From positions 15,006,001 to 15,070,000 of the forward strand of contig OZ076409.1 in the NCBI GenBank assembly GCA_964187785.1: 64,000 nt of DNA. The letters run 5' to 3'. Under the pieces are notes generated by a model, which saw only the letters and a program-made list of their open reading frames with translations, was not told the origin of the DNA and ran no database searches. Within the stretch, counting starts at the first letter, position 1; each line of letters starts with the position of its first letter. The translations under genes and the position numbers were made by a program. Below are positions 1 to 12,587 of this stretch, in pieces. The DNA comes from Amphiscolops sp. MND2022 (taxonomy: Eukaryota).

Positions 1-570
1 TGCGCTACCAAACACAAGGTGCTAATTAACACCAAGAAAATAACGCAACAGGATTGGCTAATGAGGTCACGTGACCAACATCACCAAACTCAACAGCAGG
101 CGCCACCACGCAGCCATTAACTTTTACTTTACTATAACGTGCAGTTACCAACTACATCATTTTTTTATACCAAACTTCATTTCAAAATCAATCTAAAAAC
201 CATCCTTCAACAACTCAATTAAACTTTTAAAAACTCCAATTTTTCTTTATGCTTAACACGAGATCTCAATTAGCGAGAAATAATTCAGTAGATATGAGCG
301 GAATGGATAGAGATAGTGATGCTGAGAGTGAAAGCAGTTTGCCCGAGATCCTCGCGAGAGATCAAACAAATGAGTTCGATAATGGCGACTTGTTAAAAAA
401 CCAGAACGATACTGAACGACATATACTATACCAGCGTTTCTCTGAAATAAACAAGCAGATCAACGAACTAACAAACCTAGTATCGGCCTTAACGAAGAAG
501 ATATTCTCTAGCAATAGAGAAAGGAACGATTTAAACAGTGTCTCAAATAGACACGAGACACGTTCCAACG
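1..570 (+). repeat. 5' LTR of element A (partial)
   Basis: Direct repeat of 13240-13810 and, from nt 51, of 14941-15460; ends immediately before the PBS. Confidence 0.9.
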
Positions 571-1620
571 TGGTGACAGGAGCTTCAACAAGCAATGTCC
601 AGACGAACCTACTGCGTCCATCATCATCACACTACACTCAGCCACCCGCACACTAAATTGACGACATAGTAACCAAAATCCAACACCTGAGAAATACCAT
701 GACGGATTCTGTACATCATCCGAAAATTCTCCAGACCCACGTTCCACTTTTCCGAGGGAACCGGGAGAGGCATAACCATACTTCCAGAGCCTGCTACGTG
801 ACGACGCCATCAAATGCTGGCAGTCACGAAAAAACCAACCAAAAAACTCTTGCCCAAGTTTTGCGTTACTTCAAAAATGAGCATGCCAGAGAAGACTTGA
901 AAAAAGTGACCAAATACAAGTTTGGCCAGATCCGCAATGACCCTTCAGCCGAGACGTTTAATGACTTTCTCAACAAATACAAGAAGGTGGCAAAACAAGC
1001 ATTCGGGACCAGATCAGGTGACATCACAGAGACCTTTTTGTTTGCAAAACTCCTCCCGGCCACATCAAGTGCCCAACTGTTAAATCAGATTAGCTCACCC
1101 CATCCACCAATTGCCACACCGCGGACTTCCAATTCCCAACCGCAACAAAACAGGGAAATCAAAAGGAAGTTTGATGGACAATGCCGTCATTGCGGCATAC
1201 ACGGGCACAAATGAGCAGAAAGTAGAAATAGACTTCGAGAAGAAAAGGAAAACAAATCCGCGAACCCAAACTCGCAAACCGCAACCCAGTCCAACCCAAC
1301 AAACGAACCAAAACCCAAAAACAACTCCAAATTGGTATGCCAAATTTGTCGAAAGGTGGGACATTCAGCCCGAGACTGTTATTACTGGAATACGGGTACG
1401 TCAGCATACCGAAGCGTCCTGTACCCTAAACAGTCAACGAAGGAAAATAAACAGATTCAAAGGGATTTCATACACACCAACAATAGGGTCTACAATACAA
1501 ACCAAACGAACTGTCCCACGCAGCACATGACGAAGCTGACAGTAATGAAAAAACCGAAAAACACGATGACGTAGAAGATCCAAAAAATTTCTGCTTAAAC
1601 CACGTCATCCTCCTCAATTG
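249..1620 (+). pseudogene. gag: gag (disrupted), starting inside the LTR, two CCHC zinc knuckles
   Basis: ORF pieces 249-656, 699-1214, 1332-1574; CRHCGIHGHK (degenerate) and CQICRKVGHSARDC; stops and frameshifts. Confidence 0.85.
571..583 (+). other. Primer-binding site TGGTGACAGGAGC
   Basis: Starts with TGG directly after the LTR end; same motif at 13811 and, on the minus strand, at 21498-21510; cognate tRNA not identified. Confidence 0.85.
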
Positions 1621-1816
1621 AACGAAAGTGCGCGCTAAAATCAACAACTAACCACTTCAAAACAAACTCGACTGAAGACTTCAAACAAACACGGGGTGGC
1701 AGTCCCGTGCCTCAACTTACACAAAGGAAACAACAAACTTTGTCATTACAAGACATTCGACTGACAACTACACCTTCCGACCGAAAGAATACAACTGACG
1801 ACCCGAAGTCAACAAT

Positions 1817-4800
1817 ATGGAATTGTTACCTCAGAACAATGACTCGGGTAACGAAACTAACGAAGCTAAACAACCCTCATTCCCAAAACCAAACCCACGG
1901 AAGAAAACCAATTACGAAAACCGCCCGTTGAGTGCTACCCTGCAACTCAACAGCGAAGACAGGATGTTATACGTACCACTCCAATTCCGAGAATACAAAA
2001 ATTTTGGTCTCCTCGACTTTGGTGCATTTCAAAGTGGATTATCAGAAGCAGAACTTCGTCGCATCCTAACAGTTTATCCAGCCGCCCTCCTCCAAGGACT
2101 CCCTGCCCCGGAGTTCAAAGTCCAAATCGCCAACGGCAACATCATGCCAGTGAGAAAACAAGTATTGCTACGTTTCTTCATTGGCGGAATAATCTTCGAA
2201 GAAACATTCATGGTTCTCCCGACAATAGGGAACATACTCATTGGAATGTCGTTCTTCAAGAAATACTCCTTTGCTTTAGACCTGGCCAACAACATCGTCA
2301 AATTCCCGGACACAACCCTTCAGCTACAATCAGTCAACGGGAAATTCAAAAACGAGTTGCTCGAATTGAAAACCACCCAATTGATCCAACCCAACCAATA
2401 GGTGTTCGTCCCAGTGGTGATTGAGCGTGATCTCGGTGACATCACAGGCACTGTCGAAGGATTACGCGCTTTTGAGAGACCATCACATCTGCTGGTATCT
2501 CCTGCTCTCAGCGACACCCGGGAAGATCGGACTCACGTCTAGATCTCAAACCCACTAGACTACCAAATTACCCTGAATGTGGGTACCGCAATAGCATCTC
2601 TCAAAATCAAGACACCGAAACAAACCAGCAAATTACAGCCGATGACCAACCACAAACTTAATTTGATTTCACGATACCCAGAAGATGCCGCAGCAGTCTT
2701 GAATCTAATTTTCTAGGATCTAGTTGCAAAAACGGACAGACCATGGTATCCTACACCTGAGACATGCGGTGATCCGTTGAAACTCAACAAGATCGAAAGA
2801 CGAATTCATCATCAAATCATCAAGTTCAGGGGGAGGAGAAAGTGGAACCGACAACGAGCGAAGAACAACGACAGGAATTTCTAACAAATTTCAAGTACGA
2901 ACAATCAATACTGAACCCTCACGACAAGCAGACAAATGCGGCTTTATTGGTCAAGTACCATGACATCTTAGCTAGACACAGGCTGGACGTAGAGATCAAC
3001 ATCGAGTATAAGATAAAGTTGACTCCCAAGCACGACCAACCATTAATGTTCATCGCTTGCCCACACCGACGAACTTAAAAGATGATTTACTAGTCGAATT
3101 GTCGTTGATCCAGGATTAAGGTATAATCACAACATTACCGTATAACAAATGCTCTTCACCCATCTTCGCTCAACGCAAACCAACTGGGAAGCTTAGAATC
3201 CTTGTCGACCTCGGAAGAAGCAACCATTTACTGAAAAACGATTATAACTAACACAACCACTCCGTGACAACGATGGTTAAGGCAGTACAACACATGGCTG
3301 GGAAACGATAATTTTGCAAATTGGACGGTTCATAAGCGTACCATTGCTTGCAGATGGCAGACGATTAATCAGTCCTATTACTTGCATTCAACTTTGGAAG
3401 TAGGACCTTCGCCTTCCTCAGAATACCCCAAAGCTTGAACCGGTCCCTATCAGCCTTGAACAGTACCGTTCGAGAGTACTTGGACCCCTTGGTCAAGGCG
3501 GACAAATGTGCCCAATGTGTTGATGATATCGGCATTGCTGCCAACAATATTGAGGCAGTCTTCATCAAAATTAGACAAGCCAGACTGAAGCTGTCAATGG
3601 AGAAGTGTGCGTTCAGTCATCCCGACATCGAATTCCTGGGAATAAGCATAACCACCAAAGGCATCGCGCCCATTGAGGAAAAAATTTACAAGTTCCTGAA
3701 CAACATCAAGTTGCCACCGTCTTTGAAGTCACTACAAGGGTATATTGGACTTGTCCAGTTTTACATCCAGTACATTCCGAAGTTAGCTGAGACACTGGTC
3801 CCTCTATACAAGTTGTTATTGAACGATGTCAAATATGACCTCACTCAAGTTCACAAGGACGCGATATTCAACATCAACAAGAACCTCGCAAACGCCGCGA
3901 AGACTTCCTTACGATTACAACTTCCCGACAAACAACTAGTACTAATGTGCGACGCCAGTGAGCATACAGCATACGCTCCAGTAGCTTTCGTAACGCAGAG
4001 ATTTACCGAAAGCGAAATGTCGCTCACGATGTATGCAAAAGAGTTCCTGGCCATGCACTTCGCGTTTGACGAACTCGCGCATTCCTTGTGGGGTGTGAAG
4101 AAGCCAACAATAGTCATGACGGACAACAAAGCCCTCGCAAGGTTCTTCCAATCGAAAAAGATACCACCCAAACTGTGGAACTACAGCAACCTAGCTCTCC
4201 AATTCGACATCGTCCTGGCCCATGAACCCGGAGTCGAAAACTCAGCGGCTGCATCAGTCCTCAGGACACGATCCACCTCAAATTTCACCATGAGATACCT
4301 GTGTTCAAATATTCCGACGAAGACAAGGTGCCTCTTGAATCAACATCACGAATTCTAACTTCACTCCTGGCGATGTTCCCTCACTGGTTGTCTTACGAAG
4401 ACGACGAGCAGTACCGTCGACGCATTGACGACATCAATTCAGAGGTGCAACTGTTTGTGACGCACTCTTACCCAACTCTCTTCTTCCCCCGAACCTACCA
4501 ACGGAACCAGATTCACATGGTAAATCAGGTATGCCCTTCGGGGGTTTCAGAAATTGTTAGAGCTCATAGCTTGAACAGTGAAGTTCAACGTATGATAAGA
4601 ATCGTTACTAAACAGGAAACCCCGCCCAGTCAAGTGAACTTTGCCAGTACGTTCTTTCAAAAACCCTACAAAAACCGCAAAAGACTTGAAGTTGTTAACA
4701 ACGTGTTGTATAGGCAGTTCTTTGACAACGTGGGGCACTTAGTTTACCAACAAATTGTAGTTCCTCCAGAAACTACTGAAGCCATAATCAGGACACTGCA

Positions 4801-6362
4801 CGGCGATCCTATGCAGGGACACCCTGGCGCTTCAAAAATGTTAGGTGAACTTAGAAAAAGCTGCTACTTTCCAAACTAGGCGGAAAAGGTACATGAGTTT
4901 GTGGGCAATTGTCAAGACAGTAAAAAAGTGAGAACTCTGACAACTAGCACCATAACACCAGCATTTGAACGATAATATGACCACTGTACCGGTCCTGATG
5001 ATGTCCTGGAAATTGACTAAGATGGTGATTTATCGCGATCTATTGGGTACTCATACATCCTGACTGCCTGTGACTGTTTCTCACGATATCTGTTTGCTGT
5101 TCCGATCCGGAAACCCGATACCAAATCTGTAGTCGAAGCACTGTTGGACATACTCCCAACACACGCATATGTACGAAAACACATCATTACCGTTAAAAGC
5201 TCTGCCTTTACCTCACAAGTAATTGAAGAACTGATGAGTAAAGATGGGATAAAGTTATCCCATGCGACAGTCAAACACGCTCAGACAATTGGGATGATCG
5301 AGCGTTCGCATCAAAAATTGCAACAAATCCTAAGAATAAATGTTTCTGCAGACCGGCCCAGTGGGACCGATACGTCAACCTCGCCGTTATGGCTCACAAC
5401 ACGACGCACCATCAAACTCTGAAATGTTCCCTGACCGAAGTCTTTCATGGCCGTGTACCATAAATGCACTTGATCTCAAATTTGTCAACCCTCTAAGCTC
5501 GCCGAGAAACGCCAGTGACACACAGTCGCTTGTGGACAATCTGAACGCTAAACTTCAGGAGACTCATAAATACATAATCCGAGCATTCCACAATTATAAA
5601 GCGTAATACGGTCGAAAAGCACAAGCATCGCCACTGCAAGTTAACGACTCTGCATTCTTACTAAACCCTAAAATCAGATCCCAATCAGAAACGTTGCCAT
5701 TCAACTCCTTCAAGTGGGAAGGCCCCCTACAAGGTAGAGAAAAATTTGTCACACTCTGACTACATTGTTCAAACGAAGAAACCTTCACGACTCAGTGTGA
5801 ACATGGAATGCGGCTCCACCCATCTGTACCACACGACCCAATTGGAGACATAACAAACGACACGAATCGTATTTACAGTGACCCTGATGCTTTTGACGAT
5901 TAAACATTCTTTAATGATAACCTACCTGAACTCATACAACCAACACCAGTTGAAACTACAGCTACAGGTGAAATTGAGGTTAATGAAACCGAAACTGTTG
6001 ACACCGGACACGGAATGACCTACTATGAACGTAAACAAGTTCGTGAGGTTTCACCCCTACCGAATTCTCTACCGGAAACTATTCAAACAGACAACACATC
6101 ACACACTGAATGCGACAATCCATCTAATCGAGTGGCAGCACCTCCACCTACTGAGCCCGAACGAAATGTCACGCTGAATGACGATGCGGCATTGACCACA
6201 TCATCAACTGAAACGCCCGCACCAATAACACATAACAATACCACATGCAACAGCCTCAGAGAAGCATCCATCCCCAAAACATATGAAAATTTTCTGGTAC
6301 ATGAACTGCAAGCAAAACCTGCTCTCCTGAAAATCATGCAACGAAAATCTGCTGGTCAATAG
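1817..6362 (+). pseudogene. pol: pol (protease, RT, RNase H, integrase), multiply disrupted
   Basis: LLDFGA (FDTGA in the second copy); QCVDDIGI at the RT YxDD position; LVLMCDASE RNase H; LHGDPMQGHPG integrase Zn finger; HAQTIGMIERSH core; KWEGP motif. Confidence 0.92.
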
Positions 6363-7387
6363 AAGGTCAAAATTACATACAATCAGTTCGACATGACATA
6401 CACAACTACATGTATCTAACAAACAAACATTCAATTTAACTACCAAGGTTAGAAATCAATGATCCTGAATGAAATTGTAGCAATGACGACTGATATTCAC
6501 TGTCATACACACTCGGAATTACGGAGTCAGAATAGCTGAGGGGAAGGTAATTACATGTAATGCTGCCACTACCACTAAATCACTGCACCAGGACATCACA
6601 AGTTTATGCAATCAACATGGAAGTCATCCACTAATTTATGCAATTCATGTTAGCATGTAAACAAAAGCGACAAAAGGGATTGCTCTGCAATTCCGAAAGT
6701 AACGGGTACAAATCAAACGAAAAACGACAGTAAAATGCAATCGTCATCTCCATTCGACCTACAGGTTGTGATCTCTTGCTCTTACTAGCATGACCTAGGC
6801 TCTACCTCAAGCCGGAATGAGCAAGTTTAAGAAAAGCAAACCAAAACATGCAAAGGATCTTCAACACCTTCCTTTGTTCCAGAGCATCCATTCCCACCTA
6901 AAAAAACACAATAAAAGGCGACACACATCAGGTGTGATGACGTTTAAGGACACACATCAACGATGATGAAGTCACAAAACACATTCCCCATCAAATCCCC
7001 CAGATCGCCACAAAACTATCTTCAACTGAAATAAAACCAAGCCAAGAAAAACTGAATTAAACTACGAGGCCTCAAAGAAAAAAACGAGTGTAGCATGTGA
7101 ACTATTTAAGAGAAATGCAAAGTCCATTGGAATGAACTTCAAGGAAATACTTTTCATAACACAATGTGCAATACACTTAATAACATGTAACACCAGTCCA
7201 GACCAGCGTAAATTTCACGGAGACACAGGTGCTAACTCAAAAAAACATCAAAATTTACCATACAATGGTCAAAGCAACATGAAAAAACAACTCGCATCAT
7301 AAAAACAACTGATATCAAAATATACAAAACAAAACACAGAGGTGAACAACTCGACCAATTTACAGTTATGTTCCACAACACTCGACA

Positions 7388-10300
7388 CTACTCTGCTTCG
7401 TCGGACGACACTATGGCGTAGAGTGTAGCACGTCGTTTCCTCACCGACACACACTCCTCGTCATCTCCGGCCTCACCAGCGGTGGCTGAAGAAGATAACT
7501 GCAAACTTTTGCTTGCTTTTGGTTTGCCGCCCGTCCGACGCCCTTTTAAACCCGATGTCCCTATCGAGGTGCTAGCAATCAATGTCTTTACTCGCGTTGA
7601 AACCAATGGAGTAGTCTGCCTCGATAAAGAAGTGGATTGAGCTCCCGGATCACAAGTCACATCCGCTAGTCGACGAGGAACTTTTCCAGTCTGCTCTGCA
7701 GTAGACCGACTTCGCACAGGTCTTTTCAACGCGTGACTAGCTCACCTTACAGTACTTAAGGCTTCCACCAGGCCCAATTGAGCCAAAATAATTGGGCGAT
7801 AATCGTTAACAGCAGGTACAGGCGTAGATGTAATTGAACTGTCATACACTGAAAGACAACGCGTAAGAGCATCCCACAGACCAGACTTCAGCCGTTGCTC
7901 CCATGGCATACCACGCTCACTATTATTCAAACGTTACACCTGGATATTCGTTGTTCTGCACAATCGTTTGAGGCCCTGTAAGTTGCATCTCGTCTGACCA
8001 GCAAAAGACATCCGAAGCCAACTCCGCACCAAGTGCAGACTAGACATCAGTGTGTCGCGCGGAACCGCCAATGTAGAATCATCGGCAAAATCCACAACGT
8101 ACTGACCCGTAACTACCAGGCCAAACACAACTTCCACTACATGACGTAACTCTTTGCAACGCGCCCAGAGAGGGTACGCCACCCACATATCCACGACATC
8201 CTCAATGACTGGCATGTTCCCATGAATCGACCACTTCTGTTCAAAATACGAAGCAACTTCACAGTATTGAAGAAGCACTGCATTGCCATCATCACTGTTG
8301 ATCAGGCAGTGAGACGTCAGCATCACACAGGTCTCCACTAAGGCATCCACGCTGCGGTCGTCGGATCCGCAGTGAATCAACACTGGGTCAAATGGTGTTA
8401 GACTAAGATGCTTTACCCCAATTCCACGCCATGCGGCGACAAGCTTGGTACATAGTGCACCGAACATCTTTTGCACAGACCGGTAGAGATAAGAGAGTTG
8501 AGGTCTAACATCGAATCTGAAGTACTGTTCAAACAAAACAATGTACTCGTCCTGGTCAATCACACAGTGATCATGTTCTACATGGGACAGCAAAGCTCCT
8601 ACTTCGATCTCGGCGGGACTCGCAGAAGCCGGGTTCACGTGTTTCATCAAATGGCGTAGATACTGGGACAGTTCACGCTCGACCACCAAGCCAGCGTCTC
8701 TACCGTCAGCGAATAAACGAGAACAGTTGTCAGCCACTGTAACAACAAAACAGGAAGTCACTTAATCAGCAAAACGTAACACTTACGCCAGCACCATCTA
8801 ACGTAGTAAAAATCTACCGTCCCCAGCTAATCAAGTAGGGAAAAAAGAAACCCCTATCTTTTTTGCCCCTAAATAGGAACCCGTACAATGACTACTGCAC
8901 ATACGCCCATTAATACCATACCAAACAAAGACTCAAAATGACACGCAGTGCTGCGAAACGTGGTCTCATCAGTGCATCACGAAAGACCTGCCTTCCATCG
9001 TCGTGATCAGTTTAAGCTCAGATGGTGTGCTAGAACGATGCGTACCAAAAAACACAGTAAGAACACTCCACTGTTCGACAATCTCGGCGCAAAACGCAGC
9101 CAAGGCTGGTACATCGATCCCGCCAGTGCGCACGTACTGGAACACAAAAGACACGAATCGAATAACGCAACGCCTCCCAGAGGAAACAAAAAAAATCACT
9201 TACCACCTACTATCACCTCGAGATTCACAGTGTACACAGGCACCAACGTAGATATAAACACGCCTATTGTCCACATATCTGAAATAACTTACACGATGAA
9301 GTAGCGACATGCGATCCAGTGAAGAATCGTCCACGACAGACAGCAAACGAAATTGGAAGTACTCAAGCACGCCAAACGGTTCCAGACCTCCGAACTCCGC
9401 TAGTAGCAAGTCTTTCACAAGCTGCAGCATGAACCGCTGAGTAAAGGCTCCAGAAATCAACGGTTTCGCTGGCGACAAGCCTGCCGCCAAAGCAGGACCC
9501 AACTGTATTATCCCTTCAATGACATACGTTGTCACAGCCGCAGCATGTTCCAGACCCAGCAACAATGGCACAACCACTTCGACGACCTTCCTCTCTCATC
9601 CGGACTCACTAGTGACGACAGCTAACACGATGGACTTTATCGAATGTTCATCGATCAGGTGGCACTCGCACATCCAGTACCGTTCTCGTCTGCGCACACT
9701 GATACTAACAATCGCACTCGCACCCATTCCTTTGTCGAGTTCCAAGAGAGGCCGCACAAAACCAAGCTCTGCAAAACACATACAAATCCCTTAGAATCTA
9801 ATCCAAACACGACACACACTTGCAATCAGAACCTCGGAACCAGTCTCTAAACGAAAAATAATGAGCACGAGAAGCTTAAAGTAACAGAATAAACTGCATT
9901 TTACGCAAAGCAACACCGCACATGAAATACAACAAGCAAACGGAAAAAAAGAGAGAAGGAGTTACCTGACAACGAGCGTAGTTGAGGTCGCGGCGTTCTA
10001 CCTTCAGTTCGGAAGCCATGTTAGCCCTCCACGTGTCCACTCCTCTCATCACATTGCCGAACGAACTCAAACTCACAAAATTGGACACAATTCTGCAAAT
10101 CTGCCAAACCACAAGCATTCCACGGTCTCCGCTTCCAAAATCGGGCGCTTCTCAGCTGCTGCTTCTACCTCCTCTACAGCAATCAGTTCCTCAATAGACA
10201 GGTTTAATGACGATTCCAGAAACACAGGAGGTTCGGACATCCTTGCTAGACAAATACGTCTATATTCCTCAGCGGAAACTGGACGACACGATCGTCCAGC

Positions 10301-11505
10301 AAAAGCTTCTGCACAATAATCCGAAACTTTTGCTCCAGGCGAGTATGTTCTACGCCCTTCCAGTGGACCCATAACGACAATAGCCTCCGCCCACCAATGC
10401 TAAGGTCCACAAGACACAATAGAAAGCGTGCACACCCGTCGATTACGCGTTTGTGCTGAGGGAATCCAATGAAGGTTCCAACCACCCCGGACACAAAGTA
10501 CGACGGCTTTAGCGTCTTTAATTTACGGCGACAACCTGAAACACACTACATGCATAAGCACAAACATCAAAACAAGCACTCATGAGTTCACCCACTAAAC
10601 TCCAAAATAAATCTTTAGGACCTATACAGTAGTAATTCTTTCTTAAAACCCCTCCCATGATCTCATGATTTTCTTACTAGGTTTTGCAGTTTTGTGCTCT
10701 CAAGTGCCACTGACGTCGAAGACTCCAGCTGACCGAACGCAGAAGGGACTGAGGCACAGCCTCCTTCTGATCCTTCTGCAGGCTGCGAGGATGTAGTCAT
10801 CATCGTTAATTGTACGACAGACGATAATGGTAACCTTCCTTCTTGACTCATACAACCAGATCCAGCCTCAGATACAGACGACGCCTGTGTCGTCACAACT
10901 TCCCCCATGGCAACTTTTATTTTGTCGATGAATTCTTCAACAAGCATGGCTCCGACGGTGCCCACGTGACCAAAACGAGTTTCAATTGTCGCCTTCACCA
11001 GATTCGACATTTGCTTGATGAGTTCATTGACAACCACATCAAGGTCAGACACGGTCACGAGCCGCGCACCCGATATAACTGTGAAATACGTGATAGTTTG
11101 ATTACCATACCCCCCACCCACATGCTACTACAACCTTGACTCCTGAATACCAACAGCGGCCACAACTGGTATTGTCAACTACACGATAAATAACGAAGAA
11201 GATAACAGGCAAAGAAGTCTGGAATCATCATTGACCTGAATGTTTTGAAGGAAAACTGACAATCGACTCCTCATTTCTTCAGTACTCAGCGACGAGGACT
11301 TGGGGAAATCACCAGTTTGACTTAGCAACCCTCGCAGTAATGATACGATCACTTCACACGCAGGCTCTCTGTGAACGCCAAATAACCTGCGATACCCATT
11401 AGCAGAACTACAGATACTTTGAGCAAATGTTTTTTCCCGGGATGTAAAAGCTACATATGGGATTGATAGGAATGTGACCGACCGCAACCAATGTGAAACG
11501 CTCAA
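7388..11505 (-). pseudogene. Antisense multi-exon accessory gene of element A: Zn-finger plus hAT-transposase-like protein (decayed)
   Basis: Minus-strand ORF chain from 11179-11505 down to 7388-7729; acceptors at 10536, 9769, 9137, 8737 and donors at 10677, 9965, 9292; colinear similarity to the 55649-58523 product. Confidence 0.75.
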
Positions 11506-11571
11506 TGACTAACGCAAAAAAGGAGAGACGACGTCTCCCCAAAAATATACAAAAAAAATTAAAAAAAAACG

Positions 11572-12090
11572 ATGCAATGTTTAAACCAACCTGTGTATGC
11601 AGTTCAAAGAAGTATCCAAGTAAAGTACTCACGGAATTCTTCTGTTGAAACAATCTACGCCAAAGAGTTCAACGCGTCAGAACTGGCTGCTGAGAAACGT
11701 GATGCCAAACGGCAGCAAATGGAGCCCACTCCTCCTGCTAACAACTCTTCTTCACCCTCCTGAGACATATCAATGTCGTCATGAGACAACCTACACTGAC
11801 CCTCTTCCACTGGAAAACCTACTACGGACAACACAGTGGTGACGAAGTCATCGTCAGAATGATTCACGCCAGACATAATCGATCACGATAATCTGAAAAC
11901 AACGGACAATAACAGGATTGCAAAATGATACAGTTGCGATTTACCGAGCATCAATGCTTCTTTTGTTGATCATCTGGACTGATCATCCTCATTGTCTACG
12001 ACACAGAAGCCCCCTCGCCCCTATCATAGAAAAACTCTTTACTGTTGAACGCCAATTCTTTAAATTACCTTTGCCTAAAATCTCCTAGAT
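11572..12090 (+). pseudogene. Possible decayed Ser/acidic sense-strand ORF upstream of the PPT
   Basis: ORF 11572-11763 continues through several stops; same relative position as ORF 53349-54104 of element F; no convincing sequence similarity. Confidence 0.3.
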
Positions 12091-12576
12091 CCACCTGATC
12101 AAGTAGCTTCCTCTCGGTACGCAGCGTTTGCAAAAACAGAAGTCAACAACAATCACCACTTCAGGCGAACAATTCAAGCAGAAATTCAATTGTATCTGTC
12201 AACGAGTGTTTTCAGCGTTCACACGCTACTTATTATTCACACCCAACTTGGAATTATTAAAACAGCAACCATCCGCTGCCACATATCAGTTGTTACGAAA
12301 TCTTTCACCTTCTCTAATTCTACTTAAACCAACAATTAAGCGCACGATTGGATGACGTGGCTATTGACGTCACGCCGAATTCAACTATACTAACTCACGA
12401 CTTTACTCGCAAACTAAACGAACGCCTTGTCGGGTTACACTTGGAAATTAATACATGATTCAGAAGTAACTCGTTCACGACTGTCAACAACTATAAAGTT
12501 GACCTACCTAACGCTGCCGACATTCCAACTCTCTAACTTCCGCTGCTCGCTCCGACGCACCTTCCTCTTTTCTTTC

Positions 12577-12587
12577 AAGAGGGGGAG
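12577..12587 (+). other. Polypurine tract of element A
   Basis: AAGAGGGGGAG directly before TG of the 3' LTR. Confidence 0.85.

Noticed and set aside
6538..6560. Purine run GAGGGGAAGG as PPT of an LTR right after pol
   Set aside because: The following sequence does not match the element's LTR; the real PPT/LTR junction is at 12577-12588
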